The notes: generated by a model from the sequence alone, not told the origin. A stretch of 64,000 nucleotides of DNA from Vulcanimicrobiota bacterium (GCA_963695225.1 OY968762.1:64001-128000), one strand, 5' to 3'; shown: positions 1-12,336, counted from the first letter of the stretch. Numbers and translations are program-made.

Positions 1-1
1 C

Positions 2-1726
2 GCGTCGCAGAAATGCGGCACCGACGCCGGCAACGTCCTGACGGATCTCGAGGCGCGGCCGGAGCTCTACCGCGCGCTTGCGGAAGCGAAGGCAAGCGGA
101 ACCGCCCGTACGGCGGCGCAGCGCAAGTTGACGGACCTTTGGCTGACGACGGTGCGGCGGAGCGGCGCAGGCCTCCCCGAGCCTGCGCGGCGTGAGTTCG
201 TCGCGCTCTCGCAGGATCTCAACGATCTCGAAACGCGCTTCGCGGCGAATCTCGGCAACGATCAAAGCTCGATCGCGCTCTCCGAGGAGCAGACGGCATC
301 GCTGCCGCCTGAGTTCGTCGCCGCGGCGCTGAAGAAGAATGCCGCCGGCGGCTATACGCTCCCCGCGAACGAGTCGACGGACGGCCCGTTTATGGAGAAC
401 GAGACCGACGCGAGCGCGCGCAAGGCGTTTTACTTGGCGTATGCGAACCGCGGCGGCGAGGCGAACGTCAAGCTGCTCGAGCAGGCGCTCCGGAAACGCG
501 ACCGGCTCGCGAAGCTGATGGGCTATCCGAATTGGGCCGCCTACGTCCTCGCGGACAGAATGGCCGGGACGCCGCAGCGCGTCTTGCGCTTCCTCGAACA
601 GATCGATGCGGCGGTGCTCCCGAAGGCACGCCGAGAACGCGAGGAACTCGCCGCGCTCAAGGGCGCGCCGCTCGACGCGTGGGATTCCGAGTATTACGAG
701 AATCAACTCCGCAAGACGAAATACGCCGTCGACCAGAACGAGATCAAGCAGTACTTCCCCGTGCAGCACGTGATCGAGAGCGTGCTCGGCATCTATCAGG
801 AATTGCTCGGCGTCAAGTTCCTGCGCGCGACCGCGCCGGCGTGGCAAGAAGAGGTGCAGGCGTACGACGTGAGCGATGCCGCCTCCGGCAAGCCGCTCGG
901 GCGCTTCTATCTCGACCTGTTTCCGCGGCCCGGCAAGTACGACCACTTCGCGAACTTCGGCATCGTCGCGCGCCGCGTGCTCCCGGGCGGGAACGTCCGC
1001 CTGGCGACGAGCGCGATCGTTGGGAACTGGCCGCAGGCCGCGCCCGGGAAACCGGCCTTGCTGTCGCACGAGGACGTCGAGACGTTCTTCCACGAGTTCG
1101 GTCATAACATGGCCGCGATGCTCGCGGACGCACCGTACGCGACGCTGACGAGCGGATTTCGCCAAGATTTCATCGAGGCACCCTCGCAGATGCTCGAAAA
1201 CTGGGCGTGGGATCCGGGGATCCTCAAGCGCGTCTCCTCGAACGTGACGACCGGCGCGCCGCTCCCGGACCCGCTGATCGAAAAGATGATCGCAGCGCGG
1301 TACGTGCATTACGCGCTCTTCACCGCGCAACAGGCGTTCTTGGGCACCGTCGACATGCGGTATCACATGCAAAAACCGCCGGTCGATACGACGGCCGTAT
1401 GGAAGGCGACGCTCACCGAGATGACGCCGGCGAAGTTCGTCGAGGGGACGCACCGGCAAGCGTCGTTCTCCCACCTGATGGGCGGCTACGATGCCGGCTA
1501 TTACGGCTATCTCTGGTCGAAGGTCTACGCGCAGGATCTGTTCTCGCGCTTTGCGGCCGAGGGCCTGACGAACCCGGTTGCGGGGATGGCGTACCGCACG
1601 CGGATCCTCGCCCCCGCGAGGCTCGAAGAGCCCGATGCCGAAGTTGCGGCCTTCCTCGGGCGGCCGATGAACCCGAACGCATTCTACCGCGAACTCGGCA
1701 TCGCACCGCCGGCCGCGGGGCGCTAA
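2..1726 (+). CDS. M3 family metallo-oligopeptidase (thimet oligopeptidase/oligopeptidase A-like), 5' truncated by window
   Basis: Frame open from the window edge; FHEFGH zinc motif, DFIEAPSQMLENW, YLDLFPRPGK, GYDAGYYGYLWS. Confidence 0.93.
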   Translation, partial: ASQKCGTDAGNVLTDLEARPELYRALAEAKASGTARTAAQRKLTDLWLTTVRRSGAGLPEPARREFVALSQDLNDLETRFAANLGNDQSSIALSEEQTASLPPEFVAAALKKNAAGGYTLPANESTDGPFMENETDASARKAFYLAYANRGGEANVKLLEQALRKRDRLAKLMGYPNWAAYVLADRMAGTPQRVLRFLEQIDAAVLPKARREREELAALKGAPLDAWDSEYYENQLRKTKYAVDQNEIKQYFPVQHVIESVLGIYQELLGVKFLRATAPAWQEEVQAYDVSDAASGKPLGRFYLDLFPRPGKYDHFANFGIVARRVLPGGNVRLATSAIVGNWPQAAPGKPALLSHEDVETFFHEFGHNMAAMLADAPYATLTSGFRQDFIEAPSQMLENWAWDPGILKRVSSNVTTGAPLPDPLIEKMIAARYVHYALFTAQQAFLGTVDMRYHMQKPPVDTTAVWKATLTEMTPAKFVEGTHRQASFSHLMGGYDAGYYGYLWSKVYAQDLFSRFAAEGLTNPVAGMAYRTRILAPARLEEPDAEVAAFLGRPMNPNAFYRELGIAPPAAGR

Positions 1727-1819
1727 CGAACCAAGCAGGGGCCCTCTCGGGCGGCTGCCCAACAAGTGCTTGGCGGCAGAAGGGCTGCGCCTTGTAATTC
1801 GTTAATCCTAACGATGGTA

Positions 1820-1833
1820 TGAGGCATGCCTAA
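1820..1833. promoter_or_regulatory. Putative DtxR/IdeR/MntR-family metal-repressor operator upstream of feoA
   Basis: TGAGGCATGCCTAA is one mismatch from the palindrome TTAGGCATGCCTAA; it lies in an AT-rich promoter zone before an iron-uptake operon. Confidence 0.5.
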
Positions 1834-1856
1834 TAACCGCAAGGGAGGCGGGCTCT

Positions 1857-2165
1857 ATGCTGTCGCTGAGAGATGACGTCTTTTTCCCCGCTTCGCAGGG
1901 CTCGCCGTTCGTGGTGAAGCTCGCGGACCTGCCGAACGGCAGCGCGGCGACGGTCTTGGCGGTGCAGGACGCGCACCCGCGGGATGCCATCGCGCGGCGC
2001 CTGCGCGACCTCGGGTTCGTTCGCGGCGAAGCCGTGCGCATCGTCGCGCGGGCGCCGTTCGGCGGGGATCCGCTCGTCGTGCAGGTCGGCTTCACGCGCT
2101 TCGCGCTGCGCCGCGCGGAGGCGGCCCGCATCGCGGTCGAGCCGCTCCCGGCCGTGGACGAGTAG
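1857..2165 (+). CDS. feoA: Ferrous iron transport protein A
   Basis: RRLRDLGFVRGEAV...APFGGDPLVVQVGFTRFALRRAEA; GGGAGG RBS; directly upstream of feoB. Confidence 0.93.
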   Translation: MLSLRDDVFFPASQGSPFVVKLADLPNGSAATVLAVQDAHPRDAIARRLRDLGFVRGEAVRIVARAPFGGDPLVVQVGFTRFALRRAEAARIAVEPLPAVDE

Positions 2166-2171
2166 GCGCGC

Positions 2172-4015
<1,844 letters not shown>

Positions 4016-4019
<4 letters not shown>

Positions 4020-4309
4020 CGGCCTATTCCTTCGTGGAGGCGGCCGTCGTGACGATGCTCGTAGCCGCAAGCGCGCTGTGGCTCTTCGTTGAGCTCGCTC
4101 CGGGCGCGGCCGCCTCCGTGCGCGCGCGCATCGCAGCACTCCTCGGAGCGCCGGGCCGGCCGCGCCGGCTGCGCGCGCTGGCCGCGAAGCTCGCCGCAAG
4201 GCCCGCGAGCGCTGCGGGCTGCGGGAGCGGCGGATGCTCGAGCTGTTCGGGCTGCGGGCTCTCGCGCGTTCCCAAGCCGCCTGCGGGCGGCTCGATTCAG
4301 ACGCTCTGA
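4016..4309 (+). CDS. FeoB-associated Cys-rich small membrane protein (97 aa)
   Basis: ATGA overlap with the feoB stop; N-terminal TM helix; GCGSGGCSSCSGCG motif. Confidence 0.8.
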
Positions 4310-4992
4310 AAGCGGTTCATCCGCCCTTCGAGGTACTTGAATATCCGCGCGATCAGGAACGTCAGCACGACGTAGATGCCCGCGGCGACGAAGAGCGGGT
4401 CGGTCTGGTAGGTCGCCGCGGCGATGCGCCGGGCGACGCCGGTGACGTCGAGCAGCGTGATCGTGCTCGCGAGCGAGGTCGATTTCAGTTGGATCACGAC
4501 TTCGTTACCGAGGGCCGGGAGCATCAACCCAAACGCACGCGGCAGGATGATCCGGCGATAGAGCAGCGATGGGCCCATCCCCATCGCGACCGCCGCCTCG
4601 CGTTCGCCGTTCGGGACGCTGAGGATGCCGCCGCGCACGACTTCGCCGACGTAGGCCGTCATGTTCAGCGAGAGCGCGATCAGCGCGCACGGATACGATT
4701 CTCGAAAGAAGATCCACAAGAACGAATCTCGGACGAACGAGAACTGCGCGAGCCCGTAGTAGATCAGGAAGATCTGCACGATCAGCGGCGTGCCGCGGAA
4801 GAAGACGGAGTAGGCGTAGGCGGGGAGCCGCAGCAGCGGCTTCTTGGAGACGCGCGCAAGCGCGAGCGGGACGGCGAGCGCTACGCCGCAGAGCGTTGAG
4901 AAGAAGAGCAGGCGTAGCGTCATCCAAACGCCGGCAAGGAAATCCGGCGCGGCGCCGGCCGCCGTCGTCCAGAGATCCGAGAGCCAACTCAT
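4297..4992 (-). CDS. Polar amino-acid ABC transporter permease (HisM/ArtM-like)
   Basis: FRGTPLIVQIFLIYYG, EAA loop, LKSTSLAS. Confidence 0.93.
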   Translation of the reverse strand: MSWLSDLWTTAAGAAPDFLAGVWMTLRLLFFSTLCGVALAVPLALARVSKKPLLRLPAYAYSVFFRGTPLIVQIFLIYYGLAQFSFVRDSFLWIFFRESYPCALIALSLNMTAYVGEVVRGGILSVPNGEREAAVAMGMGPSLLYRRIILPRAFGLMLPALGNEVVIQLKSTSLASTITLLDVTGVARRIAAATYQTDPLFVAAGIYVVLTFLIARIFKYLEGRMNRFQSV

Positions 4993-5660
4993 CGCGCGTT
5001 CCTCGCGAACCCGCGCGACGCGTTCTTTTCAAGCTGCGCGAAGACGACGTTCGAGATGCCGAGGAAGATCAGGAAGATGAACGCGGCCGCCAGGAAGTAG
5101 ACGAACGGCTGTTTCGTGACTTGGGCCGCGATGTTCGCCTTCTGCATGAGTTCCTCGAGGCCGAGGACGGAGACGAGCGCGGAATCCTTGAGCAGGTTCT
5201 GCCATAGGTTGCTGAGGCTCGGGAGCGCGATGCGCCACGCTTGCGGCAGATGGATGCGGAAGAAGACTTGCGCCGGGCGCATTCCGAACGCGCGCGCCGC
5301 TTCGAGCTGCCCGGGCGGCACGGAGAGGAACGCGCCGCGGAACGTCTCCGACGAGTAAGCCGCGAGCACGACGGAGAGGGCGAAGACGCCGCTCGTAAAC
5401 GGGCCGATCGAGACGGCGCCGTTCGTGAGTTGCTGCGCGAGATTCCCCAGGCCGAAGTAGCAGATCAGCAGGATGACGAATTCGGGGACGCCGCGCATGA
5501 GGCTCGTGACGGCGGTGACGGGAGCGCTGAGCCAAACGTGCTTGGAAAGCTTCGCCGCGGCCAGCAGCATGCCGAAACTCAACCCAAAGAAAAGGGTCGC
5601 GAACGCCACCTCTAAGGTGACGCCCGCGCCCTGAACGAGCTGAACGAAGTATCCGTTCAG
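4989..5660 (-). CDS. Polar amino-acid ABC transporter permease (HisQ/ArtQ-like); probable CTG start at 5660 (GTG 5609 alternative)
   Basis: RGVPE, GQLEAARAFGM, LLKDSALVS; the frame extends to a typical (M)NGYFVQLVQGAGVTLE N-terminus. Confidence 0.9.
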   Translation of the reverse strand: MNGYFVQLVQGAGVTLEVAFATLFFGLSFGMLLAAAKLSKHVWLSAPVTAVTSLMRGVPEFVILLICYFGLGNLAQQLTNGAVSIGPFTSGVFALSVVLAAYSSETFRGAFLSVPPGQLEAARAFGMRPAQVFFRIHLPQAWRIALPSLSNLWQNLLKDSALVSVLGLEELMQKANIAAQVTKQPFVYFLAAAFIFLIFLGISNVVFAQLEKNASRGFARNAR

Positions 5661-5666
5661 CTAGTG

Positions 5667-6464
5667 CTACTTCTTGGGGAGGATGCTGAAGGGGAAATAC
5701 TCGTCGTTGATCTTCTTGTACGTTCCGTCTTTCACGGCGGCGGCGAACGCAGCGTTCAGCGTGACGCGGAGCGGGTCGCCCTTGCGAACCGCGATGCCGG
5801 CGCCCTTGCCGAAGATCGTTTCGTCGTTGAGTTCCTTCCCGGCGAAATCGAAGCCGGCGGCCTTGCCCGCTTTCTTCAGCCAATCGTAGCCGATCGTCTC
5901 GTCGGCGAGCGCCGCGTCGACGCGGCCCGCGAGCAGGTCCTGATACGCTTCGTCCTGGCCCGTGTAGGTCTTGACTTGCGCGATGCCCTTGAGCTTGAGG
6001 TTGTAGTAGACTTCTTCCGTCGTCCCGCTCTGCACGGCGATCGTCTTGCCCTTGAGCGTGGCGGGATCGTCGGTGATTCCGGAGCCCTTCTTCGCGACGA
6101 AGCGGGCGGGAGTGATCGTGATGGGGACCGTGAAATCCACGACCTTCTCGCGCGCCGGCGTGATCGACATCTGCGAGAGAACCGCGTCGATCTTCTTGGA
6201 TTTCAATGCCGCGATCATGCTGTCGAAGGACATGTTCACGTACTCGCATTTAAGCTTCGCGGTCGCGCAGAGCTTGTTGCCGAGCTCGATCTCGAAGCCT
6301 TGAAGTTTCCCGCCCGCATCCTTGTATTCGAAGGGGGCGTAGTCGGCTTCCGTGCCGATGCGGACGACCTGCTGATCGGCGAGGACGGGTGCTGCGCCGA
6401 AAGCTGCGACGGTACATGCGGCGAGCGCGCCGACGAACCATTTGCGTAGGATCTTATTGTTCAA
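5667..6464 (-). CDS. Polar amino-acid ABC substrate-binding protein (HisJ/ArgT-like)
   Basis: Signal peptide; IGTEADYAPFE, MSITPAREKVVDF, VQSGTT. Confidence 0.93.
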   Translation of the reverse strand: MNNKILRKWFVGALAACTVAAFGAAPVLADQQVVRIGTEADYAPFEYKDAGGKLQGFEIELGNKLCATAKLKCEYVNMSFDSMIAALKSKKIDAVLSQMSITPAREKVVDFTVPITITPARFVAKKGSGITDDPATLKGKTIAVQSGTTEEVYYNLKLKGIAQVKTYTGQDEAYQDLLAGRVDAALADETIGYDWLKKAGKAAGFDFAGKELNDETIFGKGAGIAVRKGDPLRVTLNAAFAAAVKDGTYKKINDEYFPFSILPKK

Positions 6465-6510
6465 CGTAACCTCTTCTAGCTATCGATTGGGATGAGTGCA
6501 TGGATACGAT

Positions 6511-7287
6511 CTAGTGTGCGCGCGTGCTCGACAGGAACTGTCGGAGCCGCTCCGATTTGCAATTCCCGAATACCTGATCGGGAGTTCCTTCTTCCTCTAT
6601 CAGGCCCTGATGGAAGAAGACGACGCGGTCCGCGACTTCGCGGGCGAAGCCCATCTCGTGGGTCACCACGAGCATCGTGCGCCCCTCGCGGGCGAGATCC
6701 CGCATGACCTTGAGCACCTCGCCGACGAGCTCCGGGTCGAGCGCGGAGGTCGGCTCGTCGAAGAGCAGGAGATCCGGCTCCATCGCGAGCGCGCGGGCGA
6801 TCGCGACGCGCTGCTGCTGGCCGCCGGAGAGTTGGCTCGGGTAGGCGCCGGTCTTGTTCGCGAGGCCGACCTTCTGGAGCATCGCGTCGGCGCGCTCGAC
6901 CGCTTCCTTGCGGGAAAGCCGCAGGACGTGCATCGGCGCCTCGATGATGTTCTCGAGGACCGTCATGTGCGCCCACAGGTTGAACTGCTGGAAGACCATC
7001 GCGACCTTGCGCCGGATCCGTTCGACCTGGCGCGGATCGACGGGGACGAAGTGCCCGCCCCCCGGCCGCATCTTGATCAGCTCGCCCTTCACCGAGACCT
7101 TCCCGGCGTCCGGAGTCTCGAGCAGGTTGAGGCAGCGCAGGAACGTGCTCTTCCCCGAGCCGCTGCTCCCCAGGATGGCGATGACGTCGTGGTCGTACGC
7201 CGTGAGCGAGACGCCCTTGAGGACTTCGTTCTCGCCGAAGCGCTTGTGGAGGTCTTCGACGACGAGAGCGGCGGGCGCGGCGTCCAT
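6511..7287 (-). CDS. Polar amino-acid ABC ATP-binding protein (HisP-like)
   Basis: [38 protein letters not shown]. Confidence 0.95.
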   Translation of the reverse strand: MDAAPAALVVEDLHKRFGENEVLKGVSLTAYDHDVIAILGSSGSGKSTFLRCLNLLETPDAGKVSVKGELIKMRPGGGHFVPVDPRQVERIRRKVAMVFQQFNLWAHMTVLENIIEAPMHVLRLSRKEAVERADAMLQKVGLANKTGAYPSQLSGGQQQRVAIARALAMEPDLLLFDEPTSALDPELVGEVLKVMRDLAREGRTMLVVTHEMGFAREVADRVVFFHQGLIEEEGTPDQVFGNCKSERLRQFLSSTRAH

Positions 7288-7371
7288 AACGGCGCGTTCG
7301 TTCGCCGGGGCGGGGACCCTTGCCTCGGCCGCGTAGCTTTGGAATGGAAGAACGGGCCGTCTTTAGGCCAT

Positions 7372-8727
7372 CTAGCCGAGGGGGACGGTCGCGCCGCGCT
7401 CTCCGACGCCGGCCGTGAACCCGAGCGTTTGTCGGACGAGCGCGGCGAACGCGGCGGAGGACGCAGGCTCCCCGTGGACCGCATACAGATGCGGCTTCAC
7501 GGCGAGCGTCCCGAGCCACCGGAGCAGCTCCGAACGGTCGGCGTGCGCGCTGTATCCGGTGGGATTCTCAACGCGCGCGCGCACCGCGAGCGTGTCGCCG
7601 AAGATGCGGACGGAGCGCGCGCCGCCCACGAGCACGTTCCCGAGCGTCCCCGCCCCTTGGTAGCCGGCGAAGACGATCGTCGCCGCCGGATTCGGGAGCT
7701 GGTTGTGCAGATGGTGGAGGATGCGCCCGCCCGAGGCCATGCCGCTTGCGGAGATCACGATCGCGGGGCCTTCGAGCGAGTTGAGCTGTTTCGATTCGTC
7801 GGTCGTGATCGCCAGCGTGACGTTGCGGCAACCGAACGGCGCGTCGGGCGTATCCGGGAACGGCTTGTGCGCATCGGGGTAGCGGGCGAAGAGCGCATCG
7901 ACCTTGATCGCCATCGGGCTATCGACGTAGACGCGCGTGCGCGCGATCGCCGGGTTGCGGCTCTGCAGCGTGCCGATCGCATAGAGCAGCTCTTGCGTGC
8001 GCTCGACGGCGAACGCCGGGATCACGATCGGCCCGCCGCGCGCGATGCCCATGGAGAGCAGACGTTCGAGATCCCCGAGCGCGTCCGGCGGGTGGACGCG
8101 ATCGCCGTACGTCGTCTCGCAGACGACGACGTCGGCCGTATCGAGCGGCGCGGGATCGTACAGCAGCGGGCGGCCGTAGCGGCCGAGATCGCCGGAGAAG
8201 ATCGCGCGCTTCCCCTCGATGCGCATGTCGAGGTAGGCCGAGCCGAGGATGTGCCCCGCCTCGTGGTAGCGCAGCGTGGCGCCGCAGACTTCGAAATCTT
8301 CCTCGAGCGGGACGGGCCGGAGCAGTTTCAGCGCCGCTTGGACGTCTTCGCCGTCGTAGAACGGCGGCAGCGCGTGCGTGTGCTCGTGATGGAAGCCGCG
8401 TTCCGTCATGTGCTCTTGGAGCTGCGCCGCGTCCTCGAGCACGATTTCCATCAGCCCGGCCGTCGCGGGCGTGCAATAGACGGGGCCGCGGTAGCCGTCG
8501 CGCACGATCTTCGGGAGATAGCCGCAGTGATCGATGTGCGCGTGTGTGACGACGATCGCGTCCGTCGCGGAAGGCGGGATCGGCAGCGGGACGGCGTTGA
8601 GCGCCTCGATATCCTTCGTGCCCTGGAACATGCCGCAATCCACGTAGAAGTGCTTGCCGTTCGTGGAGACGAGGTGCTTGCTGCCGGTGACGGTGCCGGC
8701 CGCGCCGACGAACGTGAGATCAGCCAC
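7372..8727 (-). CDS. MBL-fold beta-CASP ribonuclease (Ysh1/CPSF73-like)
   Basis: THAHIDH, AGHILGS, FSGDLG, ETTYGDR, YSAHAD, VHGE motifs. Confidence 0.92.
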   Translation of the reverse strand: MADLTFVGAAGTVTGSKHLVSTNGKHFYVDCGMFQGTKDIEALNAVPLPIPPSATDAIVVTHAHIDHCGYLPKIVRDGYRGPVYCTPATAGLMEIVLEDAAQLQEHMTERGFHHEHTHALPPFYDGEDVQAALKLLRPVPLEEDFEVCGATLRYHEAGHILGSAYLDMRIEGKRAIFSGDLGRYGRPLLYDPAPLDTADVVVCETTYGDRVHPPDALGDLERLLSMGIARGGPIVIPAFAVERTQELLYAIGTLQSRNPAIARTRVYVDSPMAIKVDALFARYPDAHKPFPDTPDAPFGCRNVTLAITTDESKQLNSLEGPAIVISASGMASGGRILHHLHNQLPNPAATIVFAGYQGAGTLGNVLVGGARSVRIFGDTLAVRARVENPTGYSAHADRSELLRWLGTLAVKPHLYAVHGEPASSAAFAALVRQTLGFTAGVGERGATVPLG

Positions 8728-8742
8728 GGTGATGCTCCCCGA

Positions 8743-9327
8743 TCACGCCGGGTGGTGCCCGTTGCGGGCGAACGCGACCGAACTCGAGCGCCGCTCGCGA
8801 TGGTACCGATCGTAGCAGGCGTCGACGAGCCGTTCGGGATCGTCGTCCTCGATGATGACGGCGCCCGTCTGTTTGTTGACGAGCCGCGCGATGCGCGCGA
8901 ACTCGTTCGAGATGCCGCCGGAGTTGCGCAATACGCCGATCAGCTTGCCCTCGTCGTACGCGATCGCGAACTCGCCGAGCGAGCCGCTGCGCCCGCCGAT
9001 GAAGATGACGAAATCGGAGCTGTGGATGTTGTGGACCTCGCGCCCCATCAGCCCGGAGCCGGTGAAGACGATCGCCGAATACGGCTCGAGCGGGGAATCG
9101 AACGCGCTGACGTGCTCCTCGCGTGAATGCGCCGGCGAGACGCCGAGGCTCTGCCCGCCCGCTCCGTGCGCGCCGCGCACCGCCGCGTGGGGAAGGCCGG
9201 GGCACGCGCCGGTCACGATGACGCAACCGCGTTCCGCCACGCGCCTGCCGATGCGGTGCGCCAGCTCCAATTCGCCGTCGGCGATGTCCCCGCCGGCCGA
9301 CCCCATCACGCCGATCTGGATTTTCAC
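8743..9327 (-). CDS. LOG/SLOG family nucleotide-binding protein (TIGR00725-like)
   Basis: IGVMGSA, IVTGACPG, GGRSGSLGE Rossmannoid motifs. Confidence 0.82.
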   Translation of the reverse strand: MKIQIGVMGSAGGDIADGELELAHRIGRRVAERGCVIVTGACPGLPHAAVRGAHGAGGQSLGVSPAHSREEHVSAFDSPLEPYSAIVFTGSGLMGREVHNIHSSDFVIFIGGRSGSLGEFAIAYDEGKLIGVLRNSGGISNEFARIARLVNKQTGAVIIEDDDPERLVDACYDRYHRERRSSSVAFARNGHHPA

Positions 9328-9730
9328 GGGTGCGCGCCTCCGTCAGCTGCTCGAAGGCGCTTTGGCGGGGCGGGTGGGAAGTCTTTTCAGGTTTGGCCCT
9401 GGGTTCGTTCGGCAGCCGTATTGATTGGCTGGGATCAGTCACAGCGCCGCTCGAGCGCCGTAACTTGCGACAGTCGGACCGTCCGGGTCGGGCGCGGGCA
9501 GTCATCGAATGCGTCGAGCGTCATCGGTGTGGCGCGAAGCAAACGACTTGGGCGACGACAAGTTTCGATCGGCGCGTCGCGGGCCGATCGTGCTGGGCCG
9601 CCTGGCCCGCTTTGGCCTCGGCCGTTTTGAGTGCGACCCGACGGTTCTTGGGGCATCTGCGGCGGCCGATAGGTGAGTCGGATCGCCTCAAGGAACCCGG
9701 CCACCTCCGTGACGTCACAGGTGTAGCGAG

Positions 9731-10027
9731 ATGACGAATATCCGCGTCCCACAAGATCGCGTCGTGGATTTCTGCCGGCGCCACCACATCCGGAAGCTGG
9801 CCTTTTTTGGATCGGTCTTGCGGAGCGACTTTGGGCCGGAGAGCGATGTCGACGTTCTTGTGGAATTCAAGCCGGGCTTTGTTCCCGGCCTGGAATTCTT
9901 CACGATGGAGCGGGAGCTGTCGGAGATACTGGGCCGTAAGGTCGATCTTAATACCCCGGGGTTCCTTGGCAAGTACTTCCGAAATCGCGTCCTGGCGGAA
10001 GCGCAGGTGCAGTATTTCTCACCCTGA
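9731..10027 (+). CDS. Minimal nucleotidyltransferase antitoxin (MntA-type)
   Basis: [18 protein letters not shown] (GSx10DxD); LGRKVDL; 98 aa. Confidence 0.92.
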   Translation: MTNIRVPQDRVVDFCRRHHIRKLAFFGSVLRSDFGPESDVDVLVEFKPGFVPGLEFFTMERELSEILGRKVDLNTPGFLGKYFRNRVLAEAQVQYFSP

Positions 10028-10028
10028 G

Positions 10029-10382
10029 ATGATGACGGCTAGGCTGCGCCATATGCTGGACCACTCGCGCGAGGCCGTCAAGTTCATCCGCGGGAAGACT
10101 CGCGACGACCTCGATCGCGACCGGCTCTTGAACCTGGCTCTCGTGCGCCTGCTCGAAGTTGTCGGTGAGGCCGCCGGCAGAATCCCGGCAGAAGAGCGTG
10201 AACGGTATCCGCGCATTCCATGGTATGCGATTGTCGGCCTCCGAAATCGCCTCATTCATGGCTACGATTCGGTTGATTTTGATATTCTGTGGCAGATAGC
10301 TCATGAAGACTTGCCCGCTCTAATAGCAACGCTCGAGGAAGCGCTCGGCACAGCGGCAAGCGATGAACTGCCTGCGCAGTAA
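10029..10382 (+). CDS. HEPN (DUF86/HepT-like) RNase toxin
   Basis: LEVVGEAA, IPW, RNRLIHGY (Rx4HxY); adjacent to the MNT gene; start uncertain by a few codons. Confidence 0.92.
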   Translation: MMTARLRHMLDHSREAVKFIRGKTRDDLDRDRLLNLALVRLLEVVGEAAGRIPAEERERYPRIPWYAIVGLRNRLIHGYDSVDFDILWQIAHEDLPALIATLEEALGTAASDELPAQ

Positions 10383-10652
10383 GGCTGCTGTCGGCACCGC
10401 CGTTTATCGCTCGCGCTCCGCGCAAAGCCGTCAAGTCCGGAATGCTGTCTGCGCGTCCTGCATTCGGCGTGTGCCTCTGCTGCTGCGGTTGAGGGTGAAC
10501 GCTGCCGATAGAGATAGCGACGCATGATCTGAAAGCTGGCCCGCTTCCGTGGAGAGGTCGCTATTGGCGCCCGGCCGGCCGCTTGACCGCGGCGGCGGCT
10601 TATGTCGGGATCGAGCCGGAACTGCTGCTTGCCCATTGAACCCCTGTCGGCA

Positions 10653-11831
10653 ATGCAACTCTCCGCCGTCCAGGCACGGCGCGTCGCGCTCGCGGCGCAA
10701 GGTTTTGCCGCGCGCCGGCCGGCCGGGCGCATCGACGCGCGCCACGTCCGAAACATCTTTGCACGCCTCGGCATCGTGCAGATCGATTCCGTCAACGTGC
10801 TCGTGCGCTCGCATTACCTGCCGCTGTTCTCGCGCCTGGGACCGTATGACCGCGACCTCCTCGATTCGGCCGCATACGGCCGGCGAGCGCGGACGTTGTT
10901 CGAATACTGGGCGCACGAAGCGTCGCTCGTCGATCTCGCGCACTTCCCGTTGCTGCGCTGGCGCATGGCGCGGGCGCGGCGCCTCGAAGGTACGTGGGGG
11001 AACGTCTCACGCTTCGCGCTGGAACGCCCGGACTACGTCGAAGCGGTGCGTGCCGAAATCGAGGCGCGCGGTCCGCTCGGCGCGGGCGATCTCGAACGCC
11101 CCGGGACTCGCGCGAGCGCATGGTGGGGCTGGAGCGAGGGGAAGCTCGCGCTCGAGTACTTGTTCTGGGCGGGCATCGTTACGACGGCGCAGCGCCGCAA
11201 TTTCGAGCGCCTCTACGATCTCACCGAGCGCGTGATCCCGCCCGAGCACTACCAAGCGCCCCACCTCGAGGAAGAAGAAGCGCAGCGCCGCCTCATCCGC
11301 ATCGCGGCGCGGGCGCTCGGCGTCGCGACCGAGCGGGATCTGCGCGATTACTTCCGCCTCGCTCCGGCCGATGCGCGCGCCCGCGTCGCGGAGCTCATCG
11401 AAGCGGGCGATCTGCGCGCCGTCAAGGTCGAAGGCTGGAAGCAGCCCGCCTACGTAACGCCCGAGCTCGCCGTCCCCCGAAAGGTCGAAGCGCGCGCGCT
11501 GCTCAGCCCGTTCGATTCGCTCGTGTGGGATCGCGCACGAACGGAGCGTCTGTTCGATTTCGTCTACCGGCTCGAAATCTATACGCCGTCCCACAAGCGC
11601 GTTCACGGCTACTACGTGCTCCCGTTCCTGCTCGGCGAGCGGCTCGCCGCGCGCGTCGATCTCAAATCGGATCGCGCCGGCGGCCGCCTGCTCGCGCACG
11701 CCGTCCATCTCGAACCCGGCGTGCCGCGGGCTGAGACGCTCGCCGAACTGCGAGAAGAACTGCGCTCGCTTGCGGCGTGGCTCGAACTCGAAGGCGTCGA
11801 TTCGCCTGTGCGCGGGCTAGGGAGTCGCTGA
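10653..11831 (+). CDS. ycaQ: YcaQ/AlkZ family (HTH_42) crosslink-repair DNA glycosylase
   Basis: QIDSVNV..RSHYL..SRLG, FEYWAHEAS, LLSPFDSLVWDR, YRLEIYTP..KRVHGYYVLP. Confidence 0.88.
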   Translation: MQLSAVQARRVALAAQGFAARRPAGRIDARHVRNIFARLGIVQIDSVNVLVRSHYLPLFSRLGPYDRDLLDSAAYGRRARTLFEYWAHEASLVDLAHFPLLRWRMARARRLEGTWGNVSRFALERPDYVEAVRAEIEARGPLGAGDLERPGTRASAWWGWSEGKLALEYLFWAGIVTTAQRRNFERLYDLTERVIPPEHYQAPHLEEEEAQRRLIRIAARALGVATERDLRDYFRLAPADARARVAELIEAGDLRAVKVEGWKQPAYVTPELAVPRKVEARALLSPFDSLVWDRARTERLFDFVYRLEIYTPSHKRVHGYYVLPFLLGERLAARVDLKSDRAGGRLLAHAVHLEPGVPRAETLAELREELRSLAAWLELEGVDSPVRGLGSR

Positions 11832-11858
11832 ACGCCGCTACGGCGAAGCGCTCGGTTG

Positions 11859-12245
11859 ATGCCTGCTCTGCTCGATCGCTATCTTCTCGGCGAACCCGTC
11901 TCCAAGCCCGTCCTCGTAGCCGGCCTGCTCGCAGAACGCTCGCCCTTGCCGGCGGCGGCGCCGTTCTACCGGGCGCTCGAAGCCGTCGGCGTCCGCGCCG
12001 CCGACGAGGCGTTCATCGCCCTCCGCCTCGTCCTCGCGGGCAAGGAACCGAGCGACGATGCCGTCCGGCACTTGCGGGCGCTCGCCGCGTTGGCGCGTGC
12101 GTCGGCGCAAAACGACGCCGGCGCCGTCAAGACGCTGCTCGGCAAGGGGGGCGCGCCGCTCGATCTCGCACACCCGGCCGAACCGTTCGACGGTGCGGCC
12201 TACGGCGCGGCGGTCCGGGCGGCGTACGAGCGCGCGCTTGTCTAG
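11859..12245 (+). CDS. Hypothetical protein
   Basis: Clean ORF with host-like codon usage between same-strand genes; no recognised motif. Confidence 0.6.
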   Translation: MPALLDRYLLGEPVSKPVLVAGLLAERSPLPAAAPFYRALEAVGVRAADEAFIALRLVLAGKEPSDDAVRHLRALAALARASAQNDAGAVKTLLGKGGAPLDLAHPAEPFDGAAYGAAVRAAYERALV

Positions 12246-12336
12246 CGAGCTTCGGCGCGGCCTGAGCCTCGCCGCCGGAGATGAGAACGGCTCCCAGTGG
12301 AACGCCTGCGAGCTCAACTCGCGTTACAAGAGCGAA

